Shown piece after piece: positions 1 to 11,340 of a DNA stretch of 64,000 nucleotides. The notes beneath the pieces were generated by a model. That model did no database searches and was not told the DNA's origin. It saw only the letters and a program-made list of their open reading frames with translations. Origin of the DNA: Mobula hypostoma (Eukaryota); NCBI RefSeq assembly GCF_963921235.1, contig NC_086098.1:1860001-1924000 (forward strand). Direction: 5' to 3'. The translations under genes were made by a program, and so were the position numbers. Positions within the stretch are counted from its first letter, which is position 1. Every line of letters starts with the position of its first letter.

Positions 1-94
1 GTGCCGCAGCAACAACCTGGCACTCAACGTCAGTAAGATGAAACAGCTGATTCTGGACTTCAGGAAGGGTAAGACGAAGGAACACAGACTAATC
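1..94 (+). mobile_element. Rex1/Babar-type LINE RT fragment, 5' part of a copy split by a CR1 insertion
   Basis: Translates as CRSNNLALNVSKMKQLILDFRKG; the frame resumes after the CR1 at 1818 (EGSEVERVSSFKFLGV). Confidence 0.75.
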
Positions 95-1817
95 TACTGT
101 CTTCACTAAGGAGGACATAAATAATCTTCCAGAAATAGTAAGGGACAGAGGGTCCAGTGAGATGGAGGAACTGAGCGAAATACATGTTAGTAGGGAAGTG
201 GTGTTAGGTAAATTGAAGGGATTGAAGGCAGATAAATCCCCAGGGCCAGATGGTCTGCATCCCAGAGTGCTTAAGAAAGTGGCCCAAGAAATAGTGGATG
301 CATTAGTGATAATTTTTCAAAACTCGTTAGATTCTGGACTAGTTCCTGAGGATTGGAGGGTGGCTAATGTAACCCCACTTTTTAAAAAAGGAGGGAGAGA
401 GAAACCGGGGAATTATAGGCCGGTTAGCCTAACGTCGGTGGTGGGGAAACTGCTGGAGTCAGTTATCAAGGATGTGATAACAGCACATTTGGAAAGCGGT
501 GAAATGATCGGACAAAGTCAGCATGGATTTGTGAAAGGAAAATCATGTCTGACGAATCTGATAGAATTTTTTGAGGATGTAACTAGTAGAGTGGATAGGG
601 GAGAACCAGTGGATGTGGTATATTTGGATTTTCAAAAGGCTTTTGACAAGGTCCCACACAGGAGATTAGTGTGCAAACTTAAAGCACACGGTATTGGGGG
701 TAAGGTATTGGTGTGGGTGGAGAATTGGTTAGCAGACAGGAAGCAAAGAGTGGGAATAAACGGGACCTTTTCAGAATGGCAGGCGGTGACTAGTGGGGTA
801 CCGCAAGGCTCAGTGCTGGGACCCCAGTTGTTTACAATATATATTAATGACTTGGATGAGGGAATTAAATGCAGCATCTCCAAGTTTGCGGATGACACGA
901 AGCTGGGTGGCAGTGTTAGCAGTGAGGAGGATGCTAAGAGGATGCAGGGTGACTTGGATAGGTTGGGTGAGTGGGCAAACTCATGGCAGATGCAATTTAA
1001 TGTGGATAAATGTGAAGTTATCCACTTTGGTGGCAAAAATAGGAAAACAGATTATTATCTGAATGGTGGCCGATTAGGAAAAGGGGAGGTGCAACGAGAC
1101 CTGGGTGTCATTATACACCAGTCATTGAAAGTGGGCATGCAGGTACAGCAGGCGGTGAAAAAGGCGAATGGTATGCTGGCATTTATAGCGAGAGGATTCG
1201 AGTACAGGAGCAGGGAGGTACTACTGCAGTTGTACAAGGCCTTGGTGAGACCACACCTGGAGTATTGTGTGCAGTTTTGGTCCCCTAATCTGAGGAAAGA
1301 CATCCTTGCCATAGAGGGAGTACAAAGAAGGTTCACCAGATTGATTCCTGGGATGGCAGGTCTTTCATATGAAGAAAGACTGGATGAACTGGGCTTGTAC
1401 TCGTTGGAATTTAGAAGATTGAGGGGGGATCTGATTGAAACGTATAAGATCCTAAAGGGATTGGACAGGCTAGATGCGGGAAGATTGTTCCCGATGTTGG
1501 GGAGGTCTAGAACGAGGGGTCACAGTTTGAGGATAGAGGGGAAGCCTTTTAGGACCGAGGTTAGGAAAAACTTCTTCACACAGAGAGTGGTGAATCTGTG
1601 GAATTCTCTGCCACAGCAAACTGTTGAGGCCAGTTCATTAGCTATGTTTAAAAGGAAGTTAGATATGGCCCTTGTGGCTACAGGGGTCAGGGGGTATGGA
1701 GGGAAGGCTGGGTTCTGAGTTGGATGATCAGCCATGATCATAATAAATGGCGGTGCAGGCTCGAAGGGCCGAATGGCCTACTCCTGCACCTATTTTCTAT
1801 GTTTCTATGTTTCTATG
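95..1817 (+). mobile_element. Young 5'-truncated CR1 LINE
   Basis: Uninterrupted ORF2 C-terminal half, CR1-type 3' UTR (gggccgaatggcc) and (TTTCTATG)n octamer tail ending at about 1817. Confidence 0.95.
162..1718 (+). CDS. CR1 ORF2 reverse transcriptase, C-terminal 518 aa (endonuclease lost by 5' truncation)
   Basis: Motifs KSPGPDG, NYRPVSLTS, YLDFQKAFDKV, GVPQGSVLGP, FADD, LVRPHLEY, FFTQRVVNLWNSLP; no stops or frameshifts. Confidence 0.9.
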   Translation: MEELSEIHVSREVVLGKLKGLKADKSPGPDGLHPRVLKKVAQEIVDALVIIFQNSLDSGLVPEDWRVANVTPLFKKGGREKPGNYRPVSLTSVVGKLLESVIKDVITAHLESGEMIGQSQHGFVKGKSCLTNLIEFFEDVTSRVDRGEPVDVVYLDFQKAFDKVPHRRLVCKLKAHGIGGKVLVWVENWLADRKQRVGINGTFSEWQAVTSGVPQGSVLGPQLFTIYINDLDEGIKCSISKFADDTKLGGSVSSEEDAKRMQGDLDRLGEWANSWQMQFNVDKCEVIHFGGKNRKTDYYLNGGRLGKGEVQRDLGVIIHQSLKVGMQVQQAVKKANGMLAFIARGFEYRSREVLLQLYKALVRPHLEYCVQFWSPNLRKDILAIEGVQRRFTRLIPGMAGLSYEERLDELGLYSLEFRRLRGDLIETYKILKGLDRLDAGRLFPMLGRSRTRGHSLRIEGKPFRTEVRKNFFTQRVVNLWNSLPQQTVEASSLAMFKRKLDMALVATGVRGYGGKAGF

Positions 1818-2298
1818 TAGAGGGATCAGAAGTGGAGAGAGTGAGCAGCTTCAAGTTCCTGGGTGTCAAGATCTCTGAGGATCTAATCTGGTCCCAACAT
1901 ATCGATGTCGTTATAAAGAAGGCAAGACCTCAGCTATACTTTATCAGGATTTTGAAGATATTTGGTATGTCAACAAACACACTTAAAAACTTCTATAGTC
2001 GTGTGGTGGAGAGCATTCTGACAGGCTCCATCACTGTCTGGCATGGGAGGGCTACTGCACAGGACCGAAAGGAGCTGCAGAGGGCTGTAAATTTAGTCAG
2101 CTCCATTTTAGCCCACAAAGTACCCAGGCATCTTCAGGAAACAGTGTCTCAGAAAGGCAGCGTCCATTATTAAGGACCTCCAGCACCTAGGGTATGCCCT
2201 TTTATCACTGTTACCATCAGGTAGGAGGTATAGAAATCTACAGCTACACACTCAGCGATTCAGGAACAGCTTCTTCCTCTCTGCCATCTGATTCCTAA
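1818..2298 (+). mobile_element. Rex1/Babar-type LINE, 3' continuation of the fragment at 1-94
   Basis: VSSFKFLGV, VESILTGSITVW, followed by degenerate LLPSGRRY and FRNSFF-type C-terminal sequence. Confidence 0.75.
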
Positions 2299-2327
2299 TT
2301 TCTTCTCACCACTAGAATGCTACCTCA

Positions 2328-2735
2328 TGATCAGAATCAGAATCAGGATCCGAATCCTTTATTATTGCCAAGTATGTGAACACACACAGGGAATTTGATG
2401 TCAGTTTCCCTGAGCTCTTGCTGTACAGAATCAAAAAGCAAACAAAACAATTGTGCAAATAATCGTGAACTATATACAATGAGGTATACCTGTGTATGTA
2501 CAGGTGGACTTGGTTTATAATAGACTAAAATTCAAGTGTTCATAAGACTGATGGCATATGGAAAGAAACTGTTCTTGTACCTATTTGTCCTGGCATACAG
2601 TGATCTAAAGCGCCTACCAGAAGGAAGGAGTTGGAACAGGTGATGTCCAGGGTGTGATGGGTCTACAGTGATGCTGCTTGCTCGCTTCCTGACTGTAGAT
2701 GCATATAAGTCCTGGATCGAGGGCAGCTTCACACC
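2328..2735 (-). mobile_element. Rex1/Babar-type LINE 3' end
   Basis: ORF 2532-2732 (DPSHPGHHLFQLLPSGRRFRS...KNSFFP) and a (TGATTC)n tail at 2328-2355. Confidence 0.75.
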
Positions 2736-3102
2736 AATAATCCAATGATGAAATAATATTTTTCATTTTAGGTTGGTGGTACATATCCATTGAACCAAGT
2801 TCTACTGCTGAAAATGCCGACACTTTCAGGGTCCCTGAGACCTTTGTGAGTTGATGTGCTGACATTCTTCTCCAAACTCATTCACTTTATAAAGTAAAAT
2901 CCCAAATGGAAACTAAATTGATACACAGCCAGAATTTTTACCTAATTTTGACAACATCCTTTCTCTCTATTTTCAGACCTTGGAACCCAAAATACTGAAA
3001 TAGAATTTTGAGATCAATATAATATTATCTACAGAAATGTTGGGTCAGCAAAAATAGTTGTTCACCAGCAGATTCAGAATCAGGTTTAATATCACTGGCG
3101 TA

Positions 3103-4435
3103 CAGTGGTATGCAAAAGTTTGGGCACCCCTGGTCAAAATTTCTGTTACTGTGAATAGTTACGTGAGTAGAAGATGAACTGATCTCCAAAAGTCATAAAG
3201 TTAAAGATGAAACATTCGTTTCAACATTTTAAGCAAGATTAGTGTATTATTTTTGTTTTGGACAATTTTAGAGTGAAAAAAAGGAAAGGAGCACCATGCA
3301 AAAGTTTGGGCACCCTAAGTGATTTGAGCTCTCAGATTACTTTTACCAAGGTCTCAGACCTTAATTAGCTTGTTAGGGCTATGGCTTGTTTACAGTCATC
3401 GTTAGGAAAGGCCAGGTGATGCAAATTTCAAAGCTTTATAAATACCCTGACTCCTCAAACCTTGTCCCAACAATCAGCAGCCATGGGCTCCTCTCAGCAG
3501 CTGCCTAGCACTCTGAAAATTAAAATAAATGATGCCCACAAAGCAGGAGAAGGTTATAAGAAGAAAGCAAAGCATTTTCATGTAGCCATTTCCTCAGTTC
3601 ATAATGTAATAAAGAAATGGCAGTTAATAGGAACGGTGGAGGTCAAGTTGGGTTGGGGTCTGGAAGACCAAGAAAACTTTCCGAGAGAACTGCTTGTGGG
3701 ATTGCTAGAAAGGCAAATCAAAACCCCTGTTTGACTGCAAAAGACCTTCGGGAAGATTTAGCAGACTCTGGAGTGGTGGTGCACTGTTCTACTGTGCAGC
3801 GACACCTGCACAAATATGACCTTCATGGAAGAGTCATCAGAAGAAAACCTTTCCTGCATCCTCACCACAAAGTTCAGCGTCAGAAGTTTGCAAAGGAACA
3901 TCTAAACAAGCCTGATGCATTTTGGAAACAAGTCCTGTGGACTGATGAAGTTAAAATAGAACTTTTTGGCCGCAATGAGCAAAGGTATGTTTGGAGAAAA
4001 GAGGATGCAGAATTTCATGAAAAGAACACCTCTCCAACTGTTAAGCACGGGGGTGGATCGATCATGCTTGTGTTGCAGCCAGTGGCACGGGGAACATTTC
4101 ACTGGTACAGAGAAGAATGAATTCAATTAAATACCAGCAAATTCTGGAAGCAAACTTCACACCGTCTGTAAAAAAGCTGAAGATGAAAAAAGGATAATGA
4201 TCCTAAACACACCTCAAAATCCACAATGGACTACCTCAAGAGGCACAAGCTGAAGGTTTTGCCATGGCCCTCGCAGTGCCCCGACCTAAACATCATTGAA
4301 AATCTGTGGATAGACCTCAAAAGAGCAGTGCATGCAAAACAGCCCAAGAATCTAGAACTAGAAGCCTTTTGCAAGGAAGAATGGGCGAAAATCTCCCAAA
4401 CAAGAATTGAAAGACTCTTAGCTGGCTACAGAAAG
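3103..4435 (+). mobile_element. Tc1 (DD34E, IR/DR type) transposon, decayed, right end missing
   Basis: TA then CAGTGGTATGCAAAAGTTTGGGCACCC; inner direct repeat at 3296-3315; ATG at 3483; GRPRK, WTDE, DNDPKH and PDLNIIENLW motifs with 34 residues between D and E; several frameshifts. Confidence 0.92.
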
Positions 4436-4443
4436 CTGGCTAC

Positions 4444-4905
4444 CGACTACGTGATAGTGATGGTAAGAATTGGAGGAGATGGCAGTTGAATGCATGGCTG
4501 AGGAGTTGGTGCAGGGGGCAGGGTTTTAGATTTTTAGATCATTGGGATCTCTTCTGGGGAAGGTGGGACCTGTACAGATTGGATGGGTTGCACCTGATCT
4601 CGAGGGGGAGCAATATCCTTGCAGGTAGGTTTGCTAGCATGGTTCGGGAGGGTTTAAACTAATTTGCAAGGGGGGTGGGACCCAGAGCGATAGAGCAGTG
4701 AAAGAAGTGCATGGAGTAAAGCCAGATCTAAGATATAGAGAGGCTTTGAGGAAAGAGAAGCAGAATAAAGGGTGTAAAGACAGTAAGGTAGAAGGGCTGA
4801 AATGTGTGTACCTCAATGCAAAAAGCATCAGGAACAAAAGTGATGAACTGAGAGCTTGGATGCATACATGGAATTATGATGTAGTGGACAGTACAGAGAC
4901 TTGGC
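4444..4905 (+). mobile_element. CR1 fragment spanning ORF1 esterase end and ORF2 endonuclease start
   Basis: DHWDLFWGRWDLY-type ORF1 end, then KCVYLNAKSIRNKSDELRAW. Confidence 0.8.
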
Positions 4906-4914
4906 ATCAGGGCA

Positions 4915-5020
4915 GGAATGCACAGCATATCGAAACTTGAATTGGATGGGCTACAGCAGAAGACCACAAACGTACACTCAGCGAACACTTTATTATTAGG
5001 TACAGGAGGTACATAAAGGT
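4915..5020 (-). mobile_element. Fragment of a non-autonomous Tc1-like element (CACTCAGTGGCCACTTTAT family)
   Basis: Reverse complement resembles 22930-22990; contains a degenerate TACACTCAG...CACTTTATT terminus like 24250-24271. Confidence 0.55.
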
Positions 5021-6172
5021 ACTGTTTTATTAGTAATGACATCTTAAAATGGTCTAGTGTTCATAAATTCCATAATTAAATCAGAACTTTTAATAATCAT
5101 GAAATGATTTATAATGATCCACACTACTTAGAAAGAAAGTTGCAAATCCTCATTTTAGTGAAGTAATTATTTAAATATGCCACTGTAAAGATGGTCTAGA
5201 AAGGCTGGTGTAATACAGGAGACCTGCTGCAATGTTTTCTTTCCACACCAGTCCCCTGTGTTCCACAACACACAGTGTGCTGCATTGAGGCTGCTCAATT
5301 TTTAATGAGCTTCATTGTGATTGTAATGTAACAGAACGAGGGTGTGGGAGGATTTGCAATGTTGTCTGAGCTCCGTTACAGAGCCCACGAACGGAGGTGG
5401 ACTCTGAACTGTGAGATCCAATCCTATAGAATTAAAGCAACTTCATGGAGAGTTGAGAGTGGAGAGAGGCAGGAAGACGAAACAAAGGGAGACAAATTGT
5501 GGGCCTGTTTTCTGACACCAGACAGTCTCACAGGACTGTGCCATTTGCAAGCTAATGAGACACCATGGAATGAAAGGGAAACTTATCGCCACCCACCCCT
5601 CCCCCTACCTCCCCAACAACTGAGACAGTTGACATCTCCCATCAGTTCCTAAAGCATCTTAGAAGTTAAAAGAATTGGAACAAGGAGAGAAAGAATAAAC
5701 CTTAGAGAAAGAAAATATTGTTTCCCTTGCCATTATTATGCTAAATGGTTGGTTGTATTTTGTTGTGACATCTAGTCAGAGTCACATTTTCAATACATTT
5801 TGCCACTCTAATGCTAAAGGTTCAAGATTCGAAGCTGTTTAATGTCATTTCCAGTACAGAAATGCAAAGAATGAAATAATTGTTACTACAGATGCAATGC
5901 AGCACAGAAGATAGTTTATATGCATCGATTGATTGTGTATCCACAAGGTGACGCTAGGCACAGGAGTGTCAGTACAAAAGGTGACTGACAGGAAACAATG
6001 AAGTAAAATTCACCCCCCACTTCCTCTATTCACAACTCTGACCTTTTACTTCTTCTCATCTCCCCCTGGGTCCCCTCCTCCTTCCCATTCTCTTATCATA
6101 CACTCTCCTCTCCTATCAGATTCCTTTCTGAAACGTTGACAGTTTATCCATTTCCACAGATGCTTCCTGACC

Positions 6173-7995
6173 ATAGAAACCATAGAAACTACAGCACAGA
6201 AACAGGCCTTTTGGCCCTTCTTGGCTGTGCCGAACCATTTTCTGCCTAGTCCCACTGACCTGCACACGGACCATATCCCTCCATACACCTCCCATCCATG
6301 TATCTGTCCAATTTATTCTTAAATGTTAAAAAAGAACCCGCATTTACCACCTCGTCTGGCAGCTCATTCCATACTCTCTCTGTGTGAAGAAGCCCCCGCT
6401 AATGTTCCCTTTAAATTTTTCCCCCCTCACCCTTAACCCATGTCCTCATGTCTTCTTTTAGCCCTTCTGATTTCTTTCTTAAGTATTTTCTTGCACTTCT
6501 TATACTCCTCAAGCACCGTATTTACTCCCTGCTTCCTATACATGTCATACAACTTCTTTATGAGAGTTGCAATATCCCTTGAGAACCAAGGTTCCTTATT
6601 CCTATTCACTTTGCCTTTAATCCTGACAGGAACATACAAATTCTGCACTCTCAAAATTTCTGCTTTGAAGGCTTCCCACCTACCGATCATGTCCTTGCCA
6701 GAGAACAACCTGTCCCAATCCATGCTTTTTAGATCCTTTCTCATTTCTTCAAATTTGGCCTTCTTCCAGTTAAGTACCTCAACCCTAGGACCAGATCTAT
6801 CTTTGTCCATGATCTATCCTTGTCCATGATCAAGTTGAAACTAATGGTGTTATGATCGCTGGAACCAAAGTGCTCCCCTACACAGACTTCTGTCACTTGT
6901 CCTAACTCGTTTCCTAACAGGATATCCAATATTGCATCCCCTCTAGTCAGTCCCTCTATATATTGATTTAGAAAACTTTCCTGAACACATTTTACAAACT
7001 CTAAACCATCTAGACCCCTAACAGTATGGGAGTCCCAATCAATATATGGAAAATTAAAATCCCCTACCACCACAACTTTATGCTTCCTGCAGTTGCCTGC
7101 TATCTCTCTGCAGATTTGCTCTTCCAATTCTCGTTGACTATTGGGTGGTCTGTAATACAATCCCACTAATGTGGCCATACCTTTCCTGTTTCTCAGCTCC
7201 ACCCATAAGGACTCAGTAGACAAGCCCTCTAATCTGTCCTGCCTGAGCACAGCTGTAATATTTTCCCTAACAAGCAACAATGCTACTCCCCCAGCTTTCA
7301 CTCCTCTGCCTCGATCACATCTGAAACATCGGAACCCTGGAATATTAAGCTGCCAGTCCTGCCCCTCCTGTAGCCAAGTTTCACTAATTGCTATAACATC
7401 ATAATTCCACGTGTCAATCCACGCCCTCAACTCATCCGCCTTCCCCGCAATACTCCTAGCATTGAAATATATACACCTCAGAAGATTTTTACCACCACTC
7501 ACAACCTTTCTATCAGCGGATTTGCTTGAACTTTTAACATCATTTATTTTCACCCCAGCCACACTGTCAGCTCTGGCACTCTGGTTCCCAGCCCCCTGCA
7601 AATCTAGTTTAAAGCTTTCCCAATAGCATTAACAAACCTCCCTGAAAGGATATTGGTCCCCCTGTAGTTCAAGTGTAACCCGTCTCTCTTGTACAGGTCC
7701 TGTCCCAGAAGAGGTCCCAATTATCCTGAAATCTGAAACCCTGCCCCCTACACCAGTTCCTCAGCCACTTGTTCATCCTCCAGAGCATCCTATTCCTACC
7801 CTCACTGGCACCTAGCACAGATAGCAATCCTGAGATTACCACCCTCGAGGTCCTGCTTTTCAACTTCCTACCAAGCTCTCTATACTCACTGTCCAGGTCC
7901 TCCTCACTCTTCCTTGCTATGTCATTGGTACCGATGTGCACCACGACATCTGGCTGGTCACCCTCCCACTTCAGACTGTCATGCAAGCGATCAGA
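6173..7995 (-). mobile_element. CR1 LINE, 5'-truncated and internally deleted, inserted into a Penelope-derived short repeat
   Basis: ORF1 esterase (VVVHIGTND) at 7669-7986, APE endonuclease (YFNARSI, ETWL, GDFN, SDH) at 6741-7601, then a jump at about 6445 to the 3' UTR and tail. The host repeat reads gatgcttcctg|acctgctgagttcc across the insertion. Confidence 0.9.
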
Positions 7996-8379
7996 GACCT
8001 GCTGAGTTCCTCTGGCATTTTGTGTTTTTTTCCTGGGTTTCCAGCATCTGCAAAATCTCTTGTGTTAATGATTATGCAGTGATGGTTGGGGTGTGGAAGG
8101 TGAGTTAGTGGGCAGAGATATTATCAGCCTTTCTGCTTGGGGAAAGTAAGTGTTTTTGAGTCTGATTACCTTGGTGTGAATACTATGTAGCCTCCCTGAT
8201 GGGAGAGGGACAAAAAATAATATTTTGTTTTCTGTCTGTCAACTTTTCTCTTCCTTCTAGCCCTGATGAAGGCATGATACTCCTACTGTTTATTCCTTTC
8301 CATAGATGCTACCTGACCTGCTGAGTTCGTCCAGCATTTTGAGAGCGTTGCTCTGGATTTCCAACATCTGCAGAATCTC

Positions 8380-8537
8380 AAATAAGTGAAAATCTGCAGA
8401 TGCTGGAAATCCAAGCAACACACACAAAATACTGGAGGAAGTCAGCTGGCCAGGTGGCATCTATGAAAAAAAGTAGTCGACGTCTCAGCCTGAATCATTG
8501 ACTGTTCTTTTTTCCATAGATGCTGCCCGGCCTGCTG
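8380..8537. mobile_element. Fold-back mini Penelope-derived insertion
   Basis: 14-bp TSD atctgcagaatctc at 8366-8379 and 8538-8551; a minus-oriented terminal repeat followed by a plus-oriented partial copy. Confidence 0.75.
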
Positions 8538-9155
8538 ATCTGCAGAATCTCTTGTGTTTAGAAAATATTGCTTTCTTTGCTGCATTATTATGCTACACAG
8601 TTGGTTGTCATTTGATGGTGAGACATCTGGTCAGAGTCACATTTTCAATACATTTGCCATGTTGTAATGTTAAAGAAGATAGAGTTTCAAAATGAAATAC
8701 AAATAGAGGTGTAGACTACTGACCTTCCACAGGCATTGCACCTTTTGTAGCTGACAGGGATGGTAAAAAAAACACCGATGTACAAATGACACGTTAACTT
8801 TGGCAGGCCAGCCAGCTTGGATTAAAACACAAGTATTCTGCATCCTGAACCCATGTCACATTTCATAACTTTGTTTCTTTATTATTTAGAGATACAGCGT
8901 GGAATAGGCACTTCTGGCCCTTCGAGCCACACTGCCAGCAAACCCCTGATTTATCAAATCAAATCATTCAAACCATACATGGATACAGTCAAATGAGAGA
9001 GTTCCCTCTGGAGCCAAGGTACATATCAGAATCAGAATCAGGTTTATTATCACTGGCACGTGTCATGAAATTTAACTTAGCCCAGCAGTTCAATACAATA
9101 TATAGCCCAGAAGAAAATAAATAAATAAATAAATAAAACAATTACAGTACATGTA

Positions 9156-9312
9156 AACAACAGGAATTCTGCAGATGCTGGAAATTCAAGCAACACACAT
9201 CAAAGTTGCTGGTGAACGCAGCAGGCCAGGCAGCATCCCTAGGAAGAGGTGCAGTCGACGTTTCAGGCCGAGACGAAGGGTCTCGGCCTGAAACGTAGAC
9301 TGCACCTCTTCC
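9156..9312. mobile_element. Fold-back mini Penelope-derived insertion with a 35-bp hairpin
   Basis: 13-bp TSD tacagtacatgta at 9143-9155 and 9313-9325; inverted arms 9240-9274 and 9280-9314 with one mismatch. Confidence 0.85.
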
Positions 9313-9556
9313 TACAGTACATGTATATTCAATAGATTAAGAATTGTGCAAAAACAGAAATGAGTGAGGTAGGGTTCAATGTCGATTTGGGAATCGGATG
9401 GCAGAGGGGAAGAAGCTGTTCCTGAATCACTGAGTGTGTGCCTTCAGGCTTCTGTACCTCCTACCTGATGGTAACAATGAGAAAAGGACATACCCTGGGT
9501 GCTGGAGGTCCCTAATAATGGGCACTGCCTTTCTGAGACACCGCTCCCTGAAGAGA

Positions 9557-9843
9557 CCCAAGATACCCAGAGCCTGGACTGACACCAACCTACTGCCCTC
9601 TACCGTGCCTGTTGTCTTGTTTATTATTTATTGTAATGCCTGCACAGTTTTGTGCACTTTATGCAGTGCTGGATAGGTCTGTAGCCTAGCGTAGTTTTGT
9701 GTTGTTTTACATAGTTCAGTGTAGTTTTTGTATTGTTCATGTAGCACCATGGTCCTGAAAAACGTCGTCTCATTTTTACTATGTACTGTACCAGCAGTTA
9801 TGGTCGAAATGACAATAAAAAGTAACTTGACTTGACCTGACTT
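9557..9843 (+). mobile_element. 3' UTR fragment of a second Rex-type subfamily
   Basis: Matches the 3' UTR at 20670-21264 and ends in a (GACTT)n tail. Confidence 0.65.
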
Positions 9844-11340
9844 GAAGATGGAGCTGACTAGATTTACAACCATCTGCAGCTTCTTTCGGTCCTGTGCAGT
9901 ATCCTCTCCACCCACCCTACCCCCACCCCCACCCCGATACCAGATAGTGATGCAGCCTGTCAGAATGCTCTCATGGTACAACTATGAAAGTTTTTGAGTG
10001 TATTTGTTGACATGCCAAATCTCCTCAAACTTGTATTGAAGTATAGCTGCTGTCTTGCCTTCTTTATGACTACATCGATATGTTGGGACCAGGTTAGATC
10101 CAGGTTAGACACGCAGGAATTTGAAAATGCTCACTCTCTCCACTTCGGATCCCTCTATGAGGATTGGTCCTTCATCTTACCCTTCCTGAAGTTCACAATC
10201 AGCTCTTTTGTCTTACTGATGTTGAGTGCCAGGTTGTTGCTGTGGCACCATTCCACTAGTTGACACATCTCACTCCTGTACGCCCTCTCATCACCATCTG
10301 AGATTCTACCAACAATGGTTGTCTCATCGGCAAATTTATAGATGGTATTTGAGCTATGCCCATCCACACAGTCATGGGTATACAGAGAGTAGAGCAGTGG
10401 GCTAAGCACTCACCCCTGAAGTACACCAGTGTTGATTGTGAGCAATGAGAAGATGTTATCACCAATCCACACAAATAATGGTCTTCTGGTTAGGAAATCG
10501 AGGATCCAATTGCAGAGGGAGGTACAGAGGCCCAGGTTCTACAACTTTTCAATCAGGATTGTGGGAATGATGGTATTAAATGCTGAGCTATAGTCGCTGA
10601 ACAGCATCCTGACATAGGTGTTTGTGTTGTCTAGGTGGTCTAAAGCCGTGTGGAGATCCATTGAGATTGCATCTGCCATTGACCTATTGTGGCATTAGGC
10701 AAATTGCAATGGGTCCAGGTCCTTGCTGAGGCAGGAGTTCAGTCTAGTCTTGACCAACCAACCTCTCAAAGCATTCTATCACTGTTGATGTGAGTGCTAT
10801 GGGGCGATAGTCATTAAGGCAGCCCACATTATTCTTCTTAGACACTGGTTTAATTACTGCCTTTTTGAAGCAAGTGGGAACTTCCTTACATAGCAGTGAG
10901 AGGTTGAAAATGCCCTTGAGCATTCCTGCCAGTGGTTGGCATAGATTTTAAGATCCTTACCAGGTATTTAAAATAGCGAGAGAGAGAAAAAATATTGTTA
11001 TGCACAAAAGCGCACATACAGTCCAAGTCCATGACCAACATGCAAATTCATGGTATAGCTCCAAGCAATCCAGCCAGTCATTCCACTGATTGAACACTGG
11101 AGGGCAGCACTGATAACAGTGGCCAGCACCAAAATGAGAACCGACTCCATACTACACTGCCTCCAGCTTTTTCTCACCCAGACTGCAGCACCAGGCAAGC
11201 CTGCAGCTTGAGGCCTAGTCCTCACTACAATGGAGGCAACACTGCTGCCTCGTCACCAAACAAATAAAATAGGCCCATGCAACACACATCAAAGTTGCTG
11301 GTGAACGCAGCAGGCCAAGCAGCATCTGTAGAAAGAGGTG

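Larger units (their letters stand above)
9026..10966 (-). mobile_element. Rex1/Babar-type LINE (RT and 3' UTR), decayed, with nested inserts
   Basis: LSPLLYSLYTHDCV, IYKFADETT, WCHSNNLALNISKTKELIV and ESILTGCITIWY; (TGATTC)n tail near 9026-9040. Confidence 0.8.

Noticed and set aside
632..1741. Antisense ORFs over CR1, and similar ones over PLE, hAT and Nimb
   Set aside because: They are shadow frames of TE coding sequence that recur only because the elements are repeated.
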